In this document: piece by piece, positions 1 through 8,071 of the stretch
Layout: every line of letters starts with the position of its first letter
How positions within the stretch are numbered: position 1 is the first letter of the stretch
Source: a virus
Reading direction: 5' to 3' (one strand)
Virus record (IMG/VR): IMGVR_UViG_3300028534_000009
Length of the DNA stretch: 41,031 nucleotides
Position numbers and translations under genes: made by a program
The notes under the pieces: generated by a model
Seen by the model: only the letters and a program-made list of their open reading frames with translations
Told to the model about the DNA's origin: nothing
Database searches by the model: none

Positions 1-127
1 GCATTTAAGGGGACATCGTAAAGAAGGCTGAACATAATTCCGTCTGGTAGGGTAGCAGATGTTAAGACGAATTCTTTTCCTTTAACCCAGAAGTCTTCTG
101 CGTAGTACTGAAACTTGAGCCAGAAGG
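1..127. repeat. Terminal direct repeat copy 1, identical to 40905..41031 (circular assembly overlap or terminal redundancy)
   Basis: Read base by base: gcatttaaggggacatcgtaaagaagg...gagccagaagg occurs at both window ends, 127 nt. Confidence 0.95.
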
Positions 128-890
128 GTTTAAAGTAGAGTTTGTCGTATTTCTCGTCGTAGTAGTAAAACCAGTTGTCCTCCCAGTCTTCTTCAAATGC
201 GTAAAGGTTCTCTATCTTTTTAAGCAGGCTTCTGTAGTAGTTGATGGTCGTAACTTTTCTCTTACCGATGTTGATTTCTTTTTCAAGCTCTGCCAAGCGT
301 TCTTTAACGAAGTCGTAGAGCTTTGGAATGAAGTCAACGAAGTCTTTTATAACGGTTTTTTTAGACGGTCTTTCCTTGAGTGCTTTGGGCAACTTGAGTT
401 CTATACTGAGAAACTTTTCTATCTCAGATAGAAGCTCGTCTGCCTCGTCACAGTAAACATTTCTCTGCCCGTGTTTGTTGAAAAAACTTTCAGGCTTGTT
501 TAAGAAAACCTGATAGTTAACGCAGGATTGCTTGCTTCTAAAAACTCGTTCAACCTGCTTTCTGTAAGCACAGTCCTTGCAGTTAATACGAGGACAATGC
601 TCAACGCTGGGATAGTAGTTCCTAATGCATGGATAGTTAGCTTTTCCCATAAGGATAGGAATCTTGTAGTCTCGGTTAAGTTGTCTTTGAAGGTCTTTAG
701 TAGAGCAAACATACCAGAAAGCGTCGTTATACCAAGCAATAAAAGGACAAAGGCTCTTCCCTGCACCCGTTGGAGCGTTGATTAGCTTCAAAGGTTTCTC
801 GTTGTTAATAATAAAGGAAACGATTTTTTTCTGAGACTTCCTTAGCGTGTACTCTTTGTTGTTTTTTAGTATTACTTTGTCGTTAATCAT
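1..890 (-). CDS. XPD/DinG-family SF2 DNA helicase with 4-Cys Fe-S insert, N-terminal part. The gene crosses the window junction; the C-terminal part is 40280..41031. About 504 aa in total.
   Basis: ATG at 890 follows GGAGGCAAGA. My translation is MINDKVILKNN...NAPTGAGKS (Walker A)...YPCIRNYYPSVEHCPRINCKDCAY (4 Cys)...YCDEADE (motif II)...LTSATL (motif III). It runs in frame through the 127-nt overlap into the 40280..40939 ORF (MFSLLYDVPLNAI...). Confidence 0.8.
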   Translation of the reverse strand, partial: MINDKVILKNNKEYTLRKSQKKIVSFIINNEKPLKLINAPTGAGKSLCPFIAWYNDAFWYVCSTKDLQRQLNRDYKIPILMGKANYPCIRNYYPSVEHCPRINCKDCAYRKQVERVFRSKQSCVNYQVFLNKPESFFNKHGQRNVYCDEADELLSEIEKFLSIELKLPKALKERPSKKTVIKDFVDFIPKLYDFVKERLAELEKEINIGKRKVTTINYYRSLLKKIENLYAFEEDWEDNWFYYYDEKYDKLYFKPFWLKFQYYAEDFWVKGKEFVLTSATLPDGIMFSLLYDVPLN

Positions 891-1192
891 TCTTGCCTCC
901 GCTAATCTTTACTTGCTTCTACCTTTACAACATCCAACATAGCCAAGCAATTCAACACCTTTACTTTATCGTGCACTTGCTGCTCCCCACTGCACCTGTC
1001 CTTCACAATTCAATGTTTTACTGAACCATTCCATTTCTTCTCGGCTCTTAGCCTGTCCCTGCCAAAACTTTACTAAACAGTTGAACACCCAGCTCAACCA
1101 TTGCATCCCATACGGTTCATTGCATTTCCTTAACGCTACTTTTTTACTTAATGCCTTTACTGCACTTGAACTCACATTACTTAACAAAACCA

Positions 1193-1723
1193 TTACAATA
1201 CTTGGCAATTCACCACCCTTGCTCGTCTTATTGCGTTGTAACTTTTTCTAAGAAAGTAAAGCACAAAGTACTTTGCCATTACTCTATCTACAGCAAAAAA
1301 GAAGTTCCAGCCTCTTGCCATAAAAGAAATAATGGAGTTAAGCACGACCCTAAATTTTACATCGTTAATGGAATCAATAAGCAAGTCGTTAAAAGAAATA
1401 CCTTCAATAAGGATAGCCTTACAAATGTAGTTTTTCCCTCTTAACAGCTCTTTTTCAAAGCGTTCTCTGTGGTTAGTAAGGCAGTTTTCAAAGTCGTTTT
1501 GTTTCTTACGTTCTACTGTTATCAGGTTCTCAAGTCCTGCTATGGAGTAGTCACCTACATCAAGTTTTTTCCTAACGATGGATAAGTTCTTGGTACTAGC
1601 AAACAACGGGTCGCTTTCTCTAGTGTCCACTATAAGTGTGAGCTTCTTTTCTTGCCACTTTTGAACTTCTGCTTTAAGTAAAGGCTCTATTTGGTTGCGT
1701 AGGCTTAAGTGCTCTATTATCAT
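1193..1723 (-). CDS. ERCC4/XPF/Mus81-type structure-specific nuclease
   Basis: Contains IVDTRE, LDVGDYSI and ITVERKKQND, which fit the GDXnERKX3D signature of the ERCC4 domain. SD-like GGAGC lies upstream. Confidence 0.75.
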   Translation of the reverse strand: MIIEHLSLRNQIEPLLKAEVQKWQEKKLTLIVDTRESDPLFASTKNLSIVRKKLDVGDYSIAGLENLITVERKKQNDFENCLTNHRERFEKELLRGKNYICKAILIEGISFNDLLIDSINDVKFRVVLNSIISFMARGWNFFFAVDRVMAKYFVLYFLRKSYNAIRRARVVNCQVL

Positions 1724-1738
1724 TGTTTGCTCCTAAGC

Positions 1739-1754
1739 GGGGGCATAAGCCCCC
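1739..1754 (-). other. GC hairpin (GGGGGC-N4-GCCCCC) between the SSB-like and ERCC4 genes
   Basis: gggggcataagccccc is a 6-bp stem with a 4-nt loop and no U-tract. The function (RNA stabiliser or attenuator) is unknown. Confidence 0.4.
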
Positions 1755-1764
1755 TTAAAGTTGT

Positions 1765-2256
1765 TTAGTCGTTGAAAATATCGTCGTTTAACTCGTCGTC
1801 GTTAACTTCTGGCAATCCGTCTTCTTTCTTAGCAAAGTCAACCTGAGTTACATTCTGGTAAGTCTTTCCGTCTTTTCCTTCAGAACTTTCAAGAAACACT
1901 CTAATAGGACGCCCTGGAAGATACTTCTCGAGCTTTGGATAAAGTTTTTCCCATCTACCGTTGGCAAGGTACTTTTCAGTAAATTCTGAGACAGTCGTTT
2001 CTTTCTGGACTCCCATTTGCTTGTCTGTTCTAGTAATGCCAATAATGGTAGCTAATGCCCTCAAACCACCGTTTGTTTCAGGATTAATAAACATAGAACG
2101 CTCATAAACGAAAGCATCTGCAATGATGCTGAAAACTACACGAATGCGTCTGCCGTACTCGTTTTCGAGAAGCTCCAAGCGTTCAATCTTGGCATCGTGC
2201 CAGCCGTCCTCAAGTCTGCGTCCTCCGAGTACCTTGTCCTTGTCGTCAATAATCAT
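1765..2256 (-). CDS. Putative single-stranded DNA-binding protein with acidic C-terminal tail
   Basis: The C-terminus PEVNDDELNDDIFND resembles the acidic SSB tip. The gene sits next to the Sak4-like and nuclease genes and follows a GGAGGTG SD. Confidence 0.45.
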   Translation of the reverse strand: MIIDDKDKVLGGRRLEDGWHDAKIERLELLENEYGRRIRVVFSIIADAFVYERSMFINPETNGGLRALATIIGITRTDKQMGVQKETTVSEFTEKYLANGRWEKLYPKLEKYLPGRPIRVFLESSEGKDGKTYQNVTQVDFAKKEDGLPEVNDDELNDDIFND

Positions 2257-2279
2257 ACCTACACCTCCTTTAGTGGTTT

Positions 2280-2366
2280 TTAGTAGTTGTAGTCGTTAAA
2301 TAGTTTTTCGTAGCAAATGTAAGCAATAACGCCAATACCAACTAATTTTAGTAGTTTCTTAAACAT
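2280..2366 (-). CDS. Small hydrophobic peptide (28 aa)
   Basis: MFKKLLKLVGIGVIAYICYEKLFNDYNY follows GGAGGTGATGT and fills an otherwise empty gap. It is not in the ORF track because it is under 60 aa. Confidence 0.4.
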   Translation of the reverse strand: MFKKLLKLVGIGVIAYICYEKLFNDYNY

Positions 2367-2369
2367 ACA

Positions 2370-2873
2370 TCACCTCCTTTCTGAGTTATTGAATTCTACA
2401 TAGTTATTTTCAGCTAACCAAATAACCATTTTAGCCAAAGCATTTGCTAAATTATTGTTAATACCTTCAGAAAAAAGAGAAACTGTTAAATTAACAGTAA
2501 TATTTCTTTCATAACTTATAGCACTTTTATTAATGATAAGATAGTAATAAAAAGGATCTTTTCTTAAAGAAGAAGGTAACCATTCTATTAATTCTCTTAC
2601 GGTTGGTGCTTTATATCTATCTATAGTAGTATTAGTTATTTTTACTTTGACATTTGCTTTTTCTAAAACTTGTTCCCATTTTTTAGCTTCTTTTTTTATT
2701 ATTTGTATTTCAGCATAGCTAAAATAAGCTAATTCTTTCTTTTCATAAGAAGTTGAATGTTTTAATTCAAGCCAATACCAACCACCACCATCTTGTGGAT
2801 AGCCAAGCTTTTTTAATTTTTTACATAATTCTAACCTTGGTACTTCTTTATAAATATCAAACATTTTAGACAC
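2370..2873 (-). CDS. Hypothetical protein in an AT-rich island
   Basis: 167-aa ORF, co-directional, overlapping the upstream gene by 8 nt. No motif recognised. Confidence 0.65.
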   Translation of the reverse strand: MSKMFDIYKEVPRLELCKKLKKLGYPQDGGGWYWLELKHSTSYEKKELAYFSYAEIQIIKKEAKKWEQVLEKANVKVKITNTTIDRYKAPTVRELIEWLPSSLRKDPFYYYLIINKSAISYERNITVNLTVSLFSEGINNNLANALAKMVIWLAENNYVEFNNSERR

Positions 2874-3234
2874 CTCTTTTGTAAAGCTCTTTGGCTGTTA
2901 GCTTGTAGAAACCAATGTCGCCTCTTTCGTGCATTCTTATAAGCTCGTCAAAGGTGTAAACTTTGTTTCCTGGTAATTCAAGGTTAATTTCGATTATCAA
3001 AACTTCGTCACTATCCTCGACTTTTACAGTTTCCTTGTTAACTTCAACGGGCAATTTAGTTAAAGCTGCCACTATTTTTGCAGTAGCCTTGTTATCAATC
3101 GCAGACTTAAAGTCAATTTTGCCGAACCACTTGTGCAATGTGTCGTCAAACTCGTCAAAGCCGATTTTGAACAGCTTAATCTTGCACGGGCACATAAACA
3201 TACTTGGGCTTAGTGAGTTAAGTAAGTATTTCAT
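2866..3234 (-). CDS. DUF1874 / STIV B116-like protein
   Basis: The start is trimmed to MKYLLNSLSPSMF (an ATGA overlap with the upstream stop, with GGAGGCTCACA upstream). The pattern YLLNSLSPSM...SAIDNKATAKIV...VKVEDSDEVLIIEINLELPGNKVYTFDELIRMHERGDIGFYKL parallels the B116 family as I recall it. Confidence 0.55.
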   Translation of the reverse strand: MKYLLNSLSPSMFMCPCKIKLFKIGFDEFDDTLHKWFGKIDFKSAIDNKATAKIVAALTKLPVEVNKETVKVEDSDEVLIIEINLELPGNKVYTFDELIRMHERGDIGFYKLTAKELYKRGV

Positions 3235-3506
3235 TGTGAGCCTCCTTTTATTTTTTGTTCTTCCCACATTTTTACTAACTTAAAGAACCCGTAAGCCTTC
3301 TTAATAGCAGTTTCTTTATCCATTCCTAAACACATTCCGTAATACACGAGGCACTCAAATAGCAATTGAAGAAATATCGTTATGTCAAAGTGCTTCCCTA
3401 AGCCTTCTTCGTAGAAGGCTAAGCTAAGCATAACTGCTTCCTTAATGTCGTAGTTGGGTTGGTTAATTTGCTGAATCATTTGCTTGGCTAATTCTAATAA
3501 GTTCAT
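3231..3506 (-). CDS. Hypothetical protein
   Basis: 91-aa ORF in the co-directional packed array. Confidence 0.6.
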   Translation of the reverse strand: MNLLELAKQMIQQINQPNYDIKEAVMLSLAFYEEGLGKHFDITIFLQLLFECLVYYGMCLGMDKETAIKKAYGFFKLVKMWEEQKIKGGSQ

Positions 3507-3509
3507 TAC

Positions 3510-3797
3510 TTACCACCTTTGATTATAAGGTTCATAATATTTACATTTTGCGTTTTTATTTACTAAAGGAAAAACAGTTGTTATTACACTTGCAGTAATT
3601 GAATTATCTTTGTTATCCTTGTCTAATGGATGGATATGTCTGTAACTCCATCCTTCTGCAAATTTATTGTCAGTAAATTCTACTAAATTATTCTTTAAAT
3701 CACTTTTTGTATTTTTGGAACATGCGACCCATTCTTTTACTTCCAAGTCTGCACAAGCTAATCTTGCATAAGTACAAAACAAACAACATTCTTTCAT
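3510..3797 (-). CDS. Hypothetical Cys-rich protein
   Basis: 95-aa ORF with a GGAGG SD. The start overlaps the stop of the Sak4-like gene by 1 nt. Confidence 0.6.
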   Translation of the reverse strand: MKECCLFCTYARLACADLEVKEWVACSKNTKSDLKNNLVEFTDNKFAEGWSYRHIHPLDKDNKDNSITASVITTVFPLVNKNAKCKYYEPYNQRW

Positions 3798-4543
3798 TAC
3801 TTACCTCCTTTAATTACCTTTATTATTTTGCTCAAGTCATAAGGGAAAGCTTTTTTATCCAAGTTAGGTCCAGTCCACTTAGCAACAAAAGTTCCGTCAG
3901 ACTCAAAGTAAACTGCAGGTGGATAAACGACCTTGCCATCTTTAACACGAGGTCTAACCAAACCAATGCAATCAAACCAAGCAGGATAGGATTTGTTAAA
4001 CTTCTCTCCAATGAAATTGGGGGCACAAGCAAGCTCAACATTCCACTTAGGATTGTCTGTAGCAAGAGCAATTCCTACGACATATTTGCCTTGCTTGACA
4101 TAATTTCCCATAAAGGTGGTAATACGATTCATCCAAGAACCGATAGCACCGTAACCAGACAGGTCGGTTCTAACTAGGTTGACGAGTTTTCTCTTAGAAG
4201 TGTCAAACACTTTTGCTTCAGCAGTTTCTTTTTCAATCTCAGTTAAAAGCATAACATTACATAGGTAGGTCATACTGTCAATAACGATGGCCTGGTAATC
4301 TTTAAAGGTGCTGTAGTCTTCCATTGCACGAATAAAGTCCCAAAAGTCTTCAGGCTCAAAGATGTCAATGTTTCTGTCTTTAAGAATGCCAGCTACGAAA
4401 GACAGGTCTCTTGGCTCAAGCATAACATAAGCTACAGGTTCAGGAGCAGTTAGCAAGGTGGTCGTGGTTTTTCCTACTCCCGTGTCTCCGTAGATTAGAA
4501 AACTTATTCCTCTGTTAACTGAAGTGATTTTACTTTTTCTCAT
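3797..4543 (-). CDS. AAA_24 / Sak4-like RecA-type ATPase (recombination mediator)
   Basis: Walker A is LIYGDTGVGKTT and Walker B-like is AIVIDSMT. The size of about 250 aa is typical of Sak4-like proteins. GGAGG SD upstream. Confidence 0.7.
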   Translation of the reverse strand: MRKSKITSVNRGISFLIYGDTGVGKTTTTLLTAPEPVAYVMLEPRDLSFVAGILKDRNIDIFEPEDFWDFIRAMEDYSTFKDYQAIVIDSMTYLCNVMLLTEIEKETAEAKVFDTSKRKLVNLVRTDLSGYGAIGSWMNRITTFMGNYVKQGKYVVGIALATDNPKWNVELACAPNFIGEKFNKSYPAWFDCIGLVRPRVKDGKVVYPPAVYFESDGTFVAKWTGPNLDKKAFPYDLSKIIKVIKGGK

Positions 4544-4555
4544 AACTACCTCCTT

Positions 4556-4870
4556 TTAAGTCCATATTTCGTATTCACCTACAAATTGCAATTTTCCTCT
4601 AAACTTTTTATCAAATTCTTTTGACTCTATTGCTTCCAAACCAACATCTTGCCATTCAAATTGTTTACTGTCCCAATAAATTATAATAACATCAAACCCT
4701 TTTATTCCTAAAAAATCTTTGTAAAAATAAGGCATGTACATATAAGGTTCTCTTTTTGTTTCTTCTTTGTAATACTTATAAACAAACCTGTCTAACTCTT
4801 TTCTACCTTCGTTTTCAAACCACTTTCTATCTAATACTCTTAATACATAAATGTGTCCATCAGCTCCCAT
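4556..4870 (-). CDS. Hypothetical protein
   Basis: 104-aa ORF with a GGAGGTAGCG SD. Confidence 0.6.
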   Translation of the reverse strand: MGADGHIYVLRVLDRKWFENEGRKELDRFVYKYYKEETKREPYMYMPYFYKDFLGIKGFDVIIIYWDSKQFEWQDVGLEAIESKEFDKKFRGKLQFVGEYEIWT

Positions 4871-4987
4871 CGCTACCTCCTTTTAAAATTTTTCTACACC
4901 CTAACAAGCAGTGCGATGCCTTTGCTCTGCTTAAGCATCCTTACTTAACCTTTGCTTTACAGCATCCTACCTGTCGGCACAGTACCG

Positions 4988-5713
4988 TTACTTTTTTCTC
5001 ACCTTTAACTTTACCTTCCCATTGCTTTTAATCGTTACCCCACCATCTATCAATTCCCACTTAAACCTTCCAAAACCACCGTTCCTAAACTGAGAGATGC
5101 CAAGCAAGAAACCATAATCAAGCATTGACTTAATTTTCTCAAAGGTTAGCTCCTTATTTTCGATAAGCACAAGCTTGATTTCGTCAGTCGTTACTGGATT
5201 TTCTTCGCTTGCCTTGATACGCTCTGAAGCTACGAGAGTAACACGCTCACCCTGACGGGTCATACCTCTAAGAGGTCTTACATAGATGTCGTCTGGTTCT
5301 TTAATAAGTTCACCGTTGCGATAAAAGTGTATGTGATTAGGAAAAACAAACAGAAAACAGTCAATCTTTTTCTTGTAGGCTTTTAAACTGAGCTGGTCTT
5401 TAAGAGCCTGAGCTGCACTCTTGAAAAAGCCCTTAATCATAAAGTTGGGAATGTAAATAATTCCGTCTTTGTCTCTTCTAAAGTAAGTCATTCCAGAGAT
5501 TTCCTCGTTTTCTGGTGTATCGTAGTCTTCCTCGGTGTAAGACTCTTTAGTAAGTTCTTTGGCTTCATCTGGAATGTTTTCAATTTGCTCTTTAACTTCT
5601 TCTTGTTTCTTCTGAAAAAACTCTTTTTGTAAAAGCTCTTGGCTTGGTGCTGTTCCAAGTATGTCGCTAATAAAGGTAAGTTTAATCGTGTGCTCTAAGG
5701 TTTTGAAGTTCAT
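4988..5713 (-). CDS. Hypothetical protein (acidic N-terminal half, C-terminal GISQFRNGGFGRF motif)
   Basis: The start is trimmed to MNFKTLEH after AGGAGGGGAGGTT. Family not recognised. Confidence 0.65.
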   Translation of the reverse strand: MNFKTLEHTIKLTFISDILGTAPSQELLQKEFFQKKQEEVKEQIENIPDEAKELTKESYTEEDYDTPENEEISGMTYFRRDKDGIIYIPNFMIKGFFKSAAQALKDQLSLKAYKKKIDCFLFVFPNHIHFYRNGELIKEPDDIYVRPLRGMTRQGERVTLVASERIKASEENPVTTDEIKLVLIENKELTFEKIKSMLDYGFLLGISQFRNGGFGRFKWELIDGGVTIKSNGKVKLKVRKK

Positions 5714-5730
5714 AACCTCCCCTCCTATTC

Positions 5731-5931
5731 TTATTTTTTCAACATAATATGAGCACAAATTAACCCAGCTAAAATACCTTCGTGGAAACTTTTTGTTTTT
5801 TTAAGAGCATAATAAGGTGAGTACTCTTTAGGCAATTTTTCTTCTTTAAGCATTCTTTCGTACTTTTCGATTTCTGTTTTTTGCTCTTCTATAAATTGCT
5901 CCAATGCTTTAATGATTTCTTCCTTATTCAT
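5731..5931 (-). CDS. Hypothetical protein
   Basis: 66-aa ORF with a GGAGGC SD, overlapping its neighbours. Confidence 0.55.
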   Translation of the reverse strand: MNKEEIIKALEQFIEEQKTEIEKYERMLKEEKLPKEYSPYYALKKTKSFHEGILAGLICAHIMLKK

Positions 5932-6169
5932 TGTATGCCTCCTTTAAGAGTTTGAAGTAAACCATTTCTATTTCGTTTTCAAAGTAGCAAGGTACAAATT
6001 CACCTATTAAATTGACGGCTTTGAGAAGTAAGTCTATTTTTTGATAGTCAATGTGTTTTTCTTGTAATTCGTCTTTTATTGCTTTAGTAACACCTAATAA
6101 AGCGTGATAAACCTGCAACATCTTTTCTGAATCGTTTTGTAGCTTTTCTTCAATGTCTCGTTTCGTCAT
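5924..6169 (-). CDS. Hypothetical protein
   Basis: 81-aa ORF with a GGAGGAAAG SD. Confidence 0.55.
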   Translation of the reverse strand: MTKRDIEEKLQNDSEKMLQVYHALLGVTKAIKDELQEKHIDYQKIDLLLKAVNLIGEFVPCYFENEIEMVYFKLLKEAYNE

Positions 6170-6182
6170 AATCTTTCCTCCT

Positions 6183-6470
6183 TTAAGAAATGTATAGTTT
6201 TATTTTGATAAGTTTTTCTTCTTTTTCTGGTACCCAAAATTCTAACCTATGACATTCAATAAATCCGTCAAAAATGCTTCCAATTTCTCTAGTTTGGTAA
6301 ATGTTAGGATAATCAATGTATAAAGTAACGATAGCGTTTTTAAGTCCTCTTATAAGTTTTTGTTTGTTTTTAAGATTTGTTATGCTAAGTAAAAAGTCGT
6401 TTTCGTTTCTATCATAATTCGTTGATATTTGTAACCACATCTCCTCGTTAATTTCCCACAGTTTTTTCAT
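6183..6470 (-). CDS. Hypothetical protein
   Basis: 95-aa ORF with a GGAGGTGAG SD. Confidence 0.55.
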   Translation of the reverse strand: MKKLWEINEEMWLQISTNYDRNENDFLLSITNLKNKQKLIRGLKNAIVTLYIDYPNIYQTREIGSIFDGFIECHRLEFWVPEKEEKLIKIKLYIS

Positions 6471-6654
6471 TGTTTCTCACCTCCTTTTCAATCTTTGGTA
6501 TGAGGTGCCTTAATCTCCATACGAATCTTTTAGCCAGCTCCTCTTCGTAGAAAATCTCAGACACCTCAAAAGCGTCAATTGTAGGAGCAAAAAGGTCGTC
6601 TTTGATAAGAATAATGTATTTTCCGTTATTGCTCTTTTTTACTTCTGCTATCAT
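6448..6654 (-). CDS. Hypothetical protein
   Basis: 68-aa ORF with a GGAGGGTG SD. Confidence 0.55.
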   Translation of the reverse strand: MIAEVKKSNNGKYIILIKDDLFAPTIDAFEVSEIFYEEELAKRFVWRLRHLIPKIEKEVRNNEKTVGN

Positions 6655-6833
6655 TATTCACCCTCCTTGTAGTTGTCTCCGTACAAGGCTTCAAGGTAAT
6701 CGTCATAAGTAACACCATCAATCCAACCAGTTCCATCGCAAAGATAGCATTCTGGGTCGTCTCCGTCGCACTCAGGACAGCGGTGTAAAAGTATATCCTC
6801 TTCATTCCTTATTAGCTCTTTTGCAAAAAACAT
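6654..6833 (-). CDS. Small zinc-ribbon protein (CxxC...CxxCxGxG)
   Basis: Contains HRCPECDGDDPECYLCDGTGW. The start is trimmed to the ATG after GGAGGTGGTAATT. Confidence 0.55.
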   Translation of the reverse strand: MFFAKELIRNEEDILLHRCPECDGDDPECYLCDGTGWIDGVTYDDYLEALYGDNYKEGE

Positions 6834-6849
6834 AATTACCACCTCCTTT

Positions 6850-7224
6850 TTATAAGGTTGTATAACTATCCAAAATTTTTGCGTAAAAGAGTTTTAATAT
6901 TCCATCACGGTGTAAAGCGTAGTACTGAATGTCGTTTAACTCGTTTAGCTCTGGATAGTCAGGGACTTTTACGATTAAAAACTCGTCTCCCTTATTAGGA
7001 ATTATCGTCGGCTCGTAATTGTGTTCGCAGAGATTGACGGTGGTAAGAGCAAAAACAACCCTTTTAATAAGAGAAGAATGAATAGAATGCTTAAAGTCGG
7101 ATAAGTACTCCCACTCACGAAGCCTCTTAGAAAATTGAGGGATGATAAGAGAAACGATGTTACACTTATAATGACAATCCTCTAGAAACTCAAAAAACTT
7201 GTCTGATTCTATGAGATACTTCAT
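6850..7224 (-). CDS. Hypothetical protein
   Basis: The start is trimmed to MKYLIESD after AGGAGGGGAGGCAAAG. Confidence 0.6.
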   Translation of the reverse strand: MKYLIESDKFFEFLEDCHYKCNIVSLIIPQFSKRLREWEYLSDFKHSIHSSLIKRVVFALTTVNLCEHNYEPTIIPNKGDEFLIVKVPDYPELNELNDIQYYALHRDGILKLFYAKILDSYTTL

Positions 7225-7268
7225 CTTTGCCTCCCCTCCTCTTATTGATAAATATACCATATTTTTTC

Positions 7269-8060
7269 TTATTTGTCAAGTAGAATCTTAGCAAATTTTT
7301 CAAAATTTTCTTGTCTTTTCTCAAAGTAAGGGTGTTCTACTTCAAAGATGTTTTCTATGGTTTGAACGGCTTGGCAAATGGGTTCGTAAAGGCAGGAACT
7401 AAAAGCACAAGCGTAAGACTTCTCAAAGAAACGGTACTTGAGACGGAGTAAGATGGTTTTGTAAAGGACGGTTAGTTTTTGCTCAAGGGCTTCCTTATTG
7501 AATTCGTCACGGTGAAATCTAAAGCCCCAGAGTTCAGAGTTTTTGCGTAAGTAGGGCAAGAATTCACCAGGACGACGCTGTATGCGCTCTATGAGCTTTT
7601 CGAGGTCTTCCTCTTTTTTAGGAGCTTTTCGGTAAACAGGCAAGAGATAAAACCATTCAATATTGGGGAAGAGCAAGGAGTAAAATTCAAGTTGCTCTTT
7701 AGCCCAGGCTTCCATGTAGATAGAGCCTAAAGACTTGGTGGTAAACTTTATTTCTCCTATCCAGCCATCACCAACGATGTCTGCTTTACCTGTTAAAACG
7801 AATCCGTCTCCGTTTTCTCCGATAAATTCTTTAGTAGCTTCTTGCTCGTATTTAACATTATCAGGCAAGACGGATTTAATAAGGTCTCGGTAGGCAATAA
7901 TAAGACGGTTTTCGATGTAAGAGCCTTCGAGGGAACGCATAAGATCAACTCCAAATTGCATTGGATCGGGTAAGATTTGAGGCTCAAACAAGCGTGACAA
8001 GAGAAATTTCATAGGACACTTATAAAAATCTCTTATTGCTGAATAGCTTAATTGCAACAT
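7269..8060 (-). CDS. Cas4-like PD-(D/E)XK exonuclease with Fe-S cluster cysteines
   Basis: The N-terminus is LSYSAIRDFYKCPMKF. GKADIV...GEIKFT fits D...ExK, and EQLEFYSLL fits QxxxY. The C-terminal YACAFSSCLYEPIC gives the 1+3 Cys arrangement typical of Cas4/AddB-type nucleases. Confidence 0.7.
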   Translation of the reverse strand: MLQLSYSAIRDFYKCPMKFLLSRLFEPQILPDPMQFGVDLMRSLEGSYIENRLIIAYRDLIKSVLPDNVKYEQEATKEFIGENGDGFVLTGKADIVGDGWIGEIKFTTKSLGSIYMEAWAKEQLEFYSLLFPNIEWFYLLPVYRKAPKKEEDLEKLIERIQRRPGEFLPYLRKNSELWGFRFHRDEFNKEALEQKLTVLYKTILLRLKYRFFEKSYACAFSSCLYEPICQAVQTIENIFEVEHPYFEKRQENFEKFAKILLDK

Positions 8061-8071
8061 TTTTGCCTCCT

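Noticed and set aside
500-785. ORFs 500..766 (-) and 528..785 (+)
   Set aside because: Both lie inside the helicase gene (1..890, minus) in other frames. They have no SD and an odd composition. The helicase frame carries Walker A and the Fe-S Cys motifs.
966-1444. ORFs 966..1208 (-) and 1151..1444 (+)
   Set aside because: 966..1208 has a TTG start, no SD and a Trp/Cys-rich composition unlike the rest of the proteome. 1151..1444 is antisense to the ERCC4 gene. Both were treated as non-coding.
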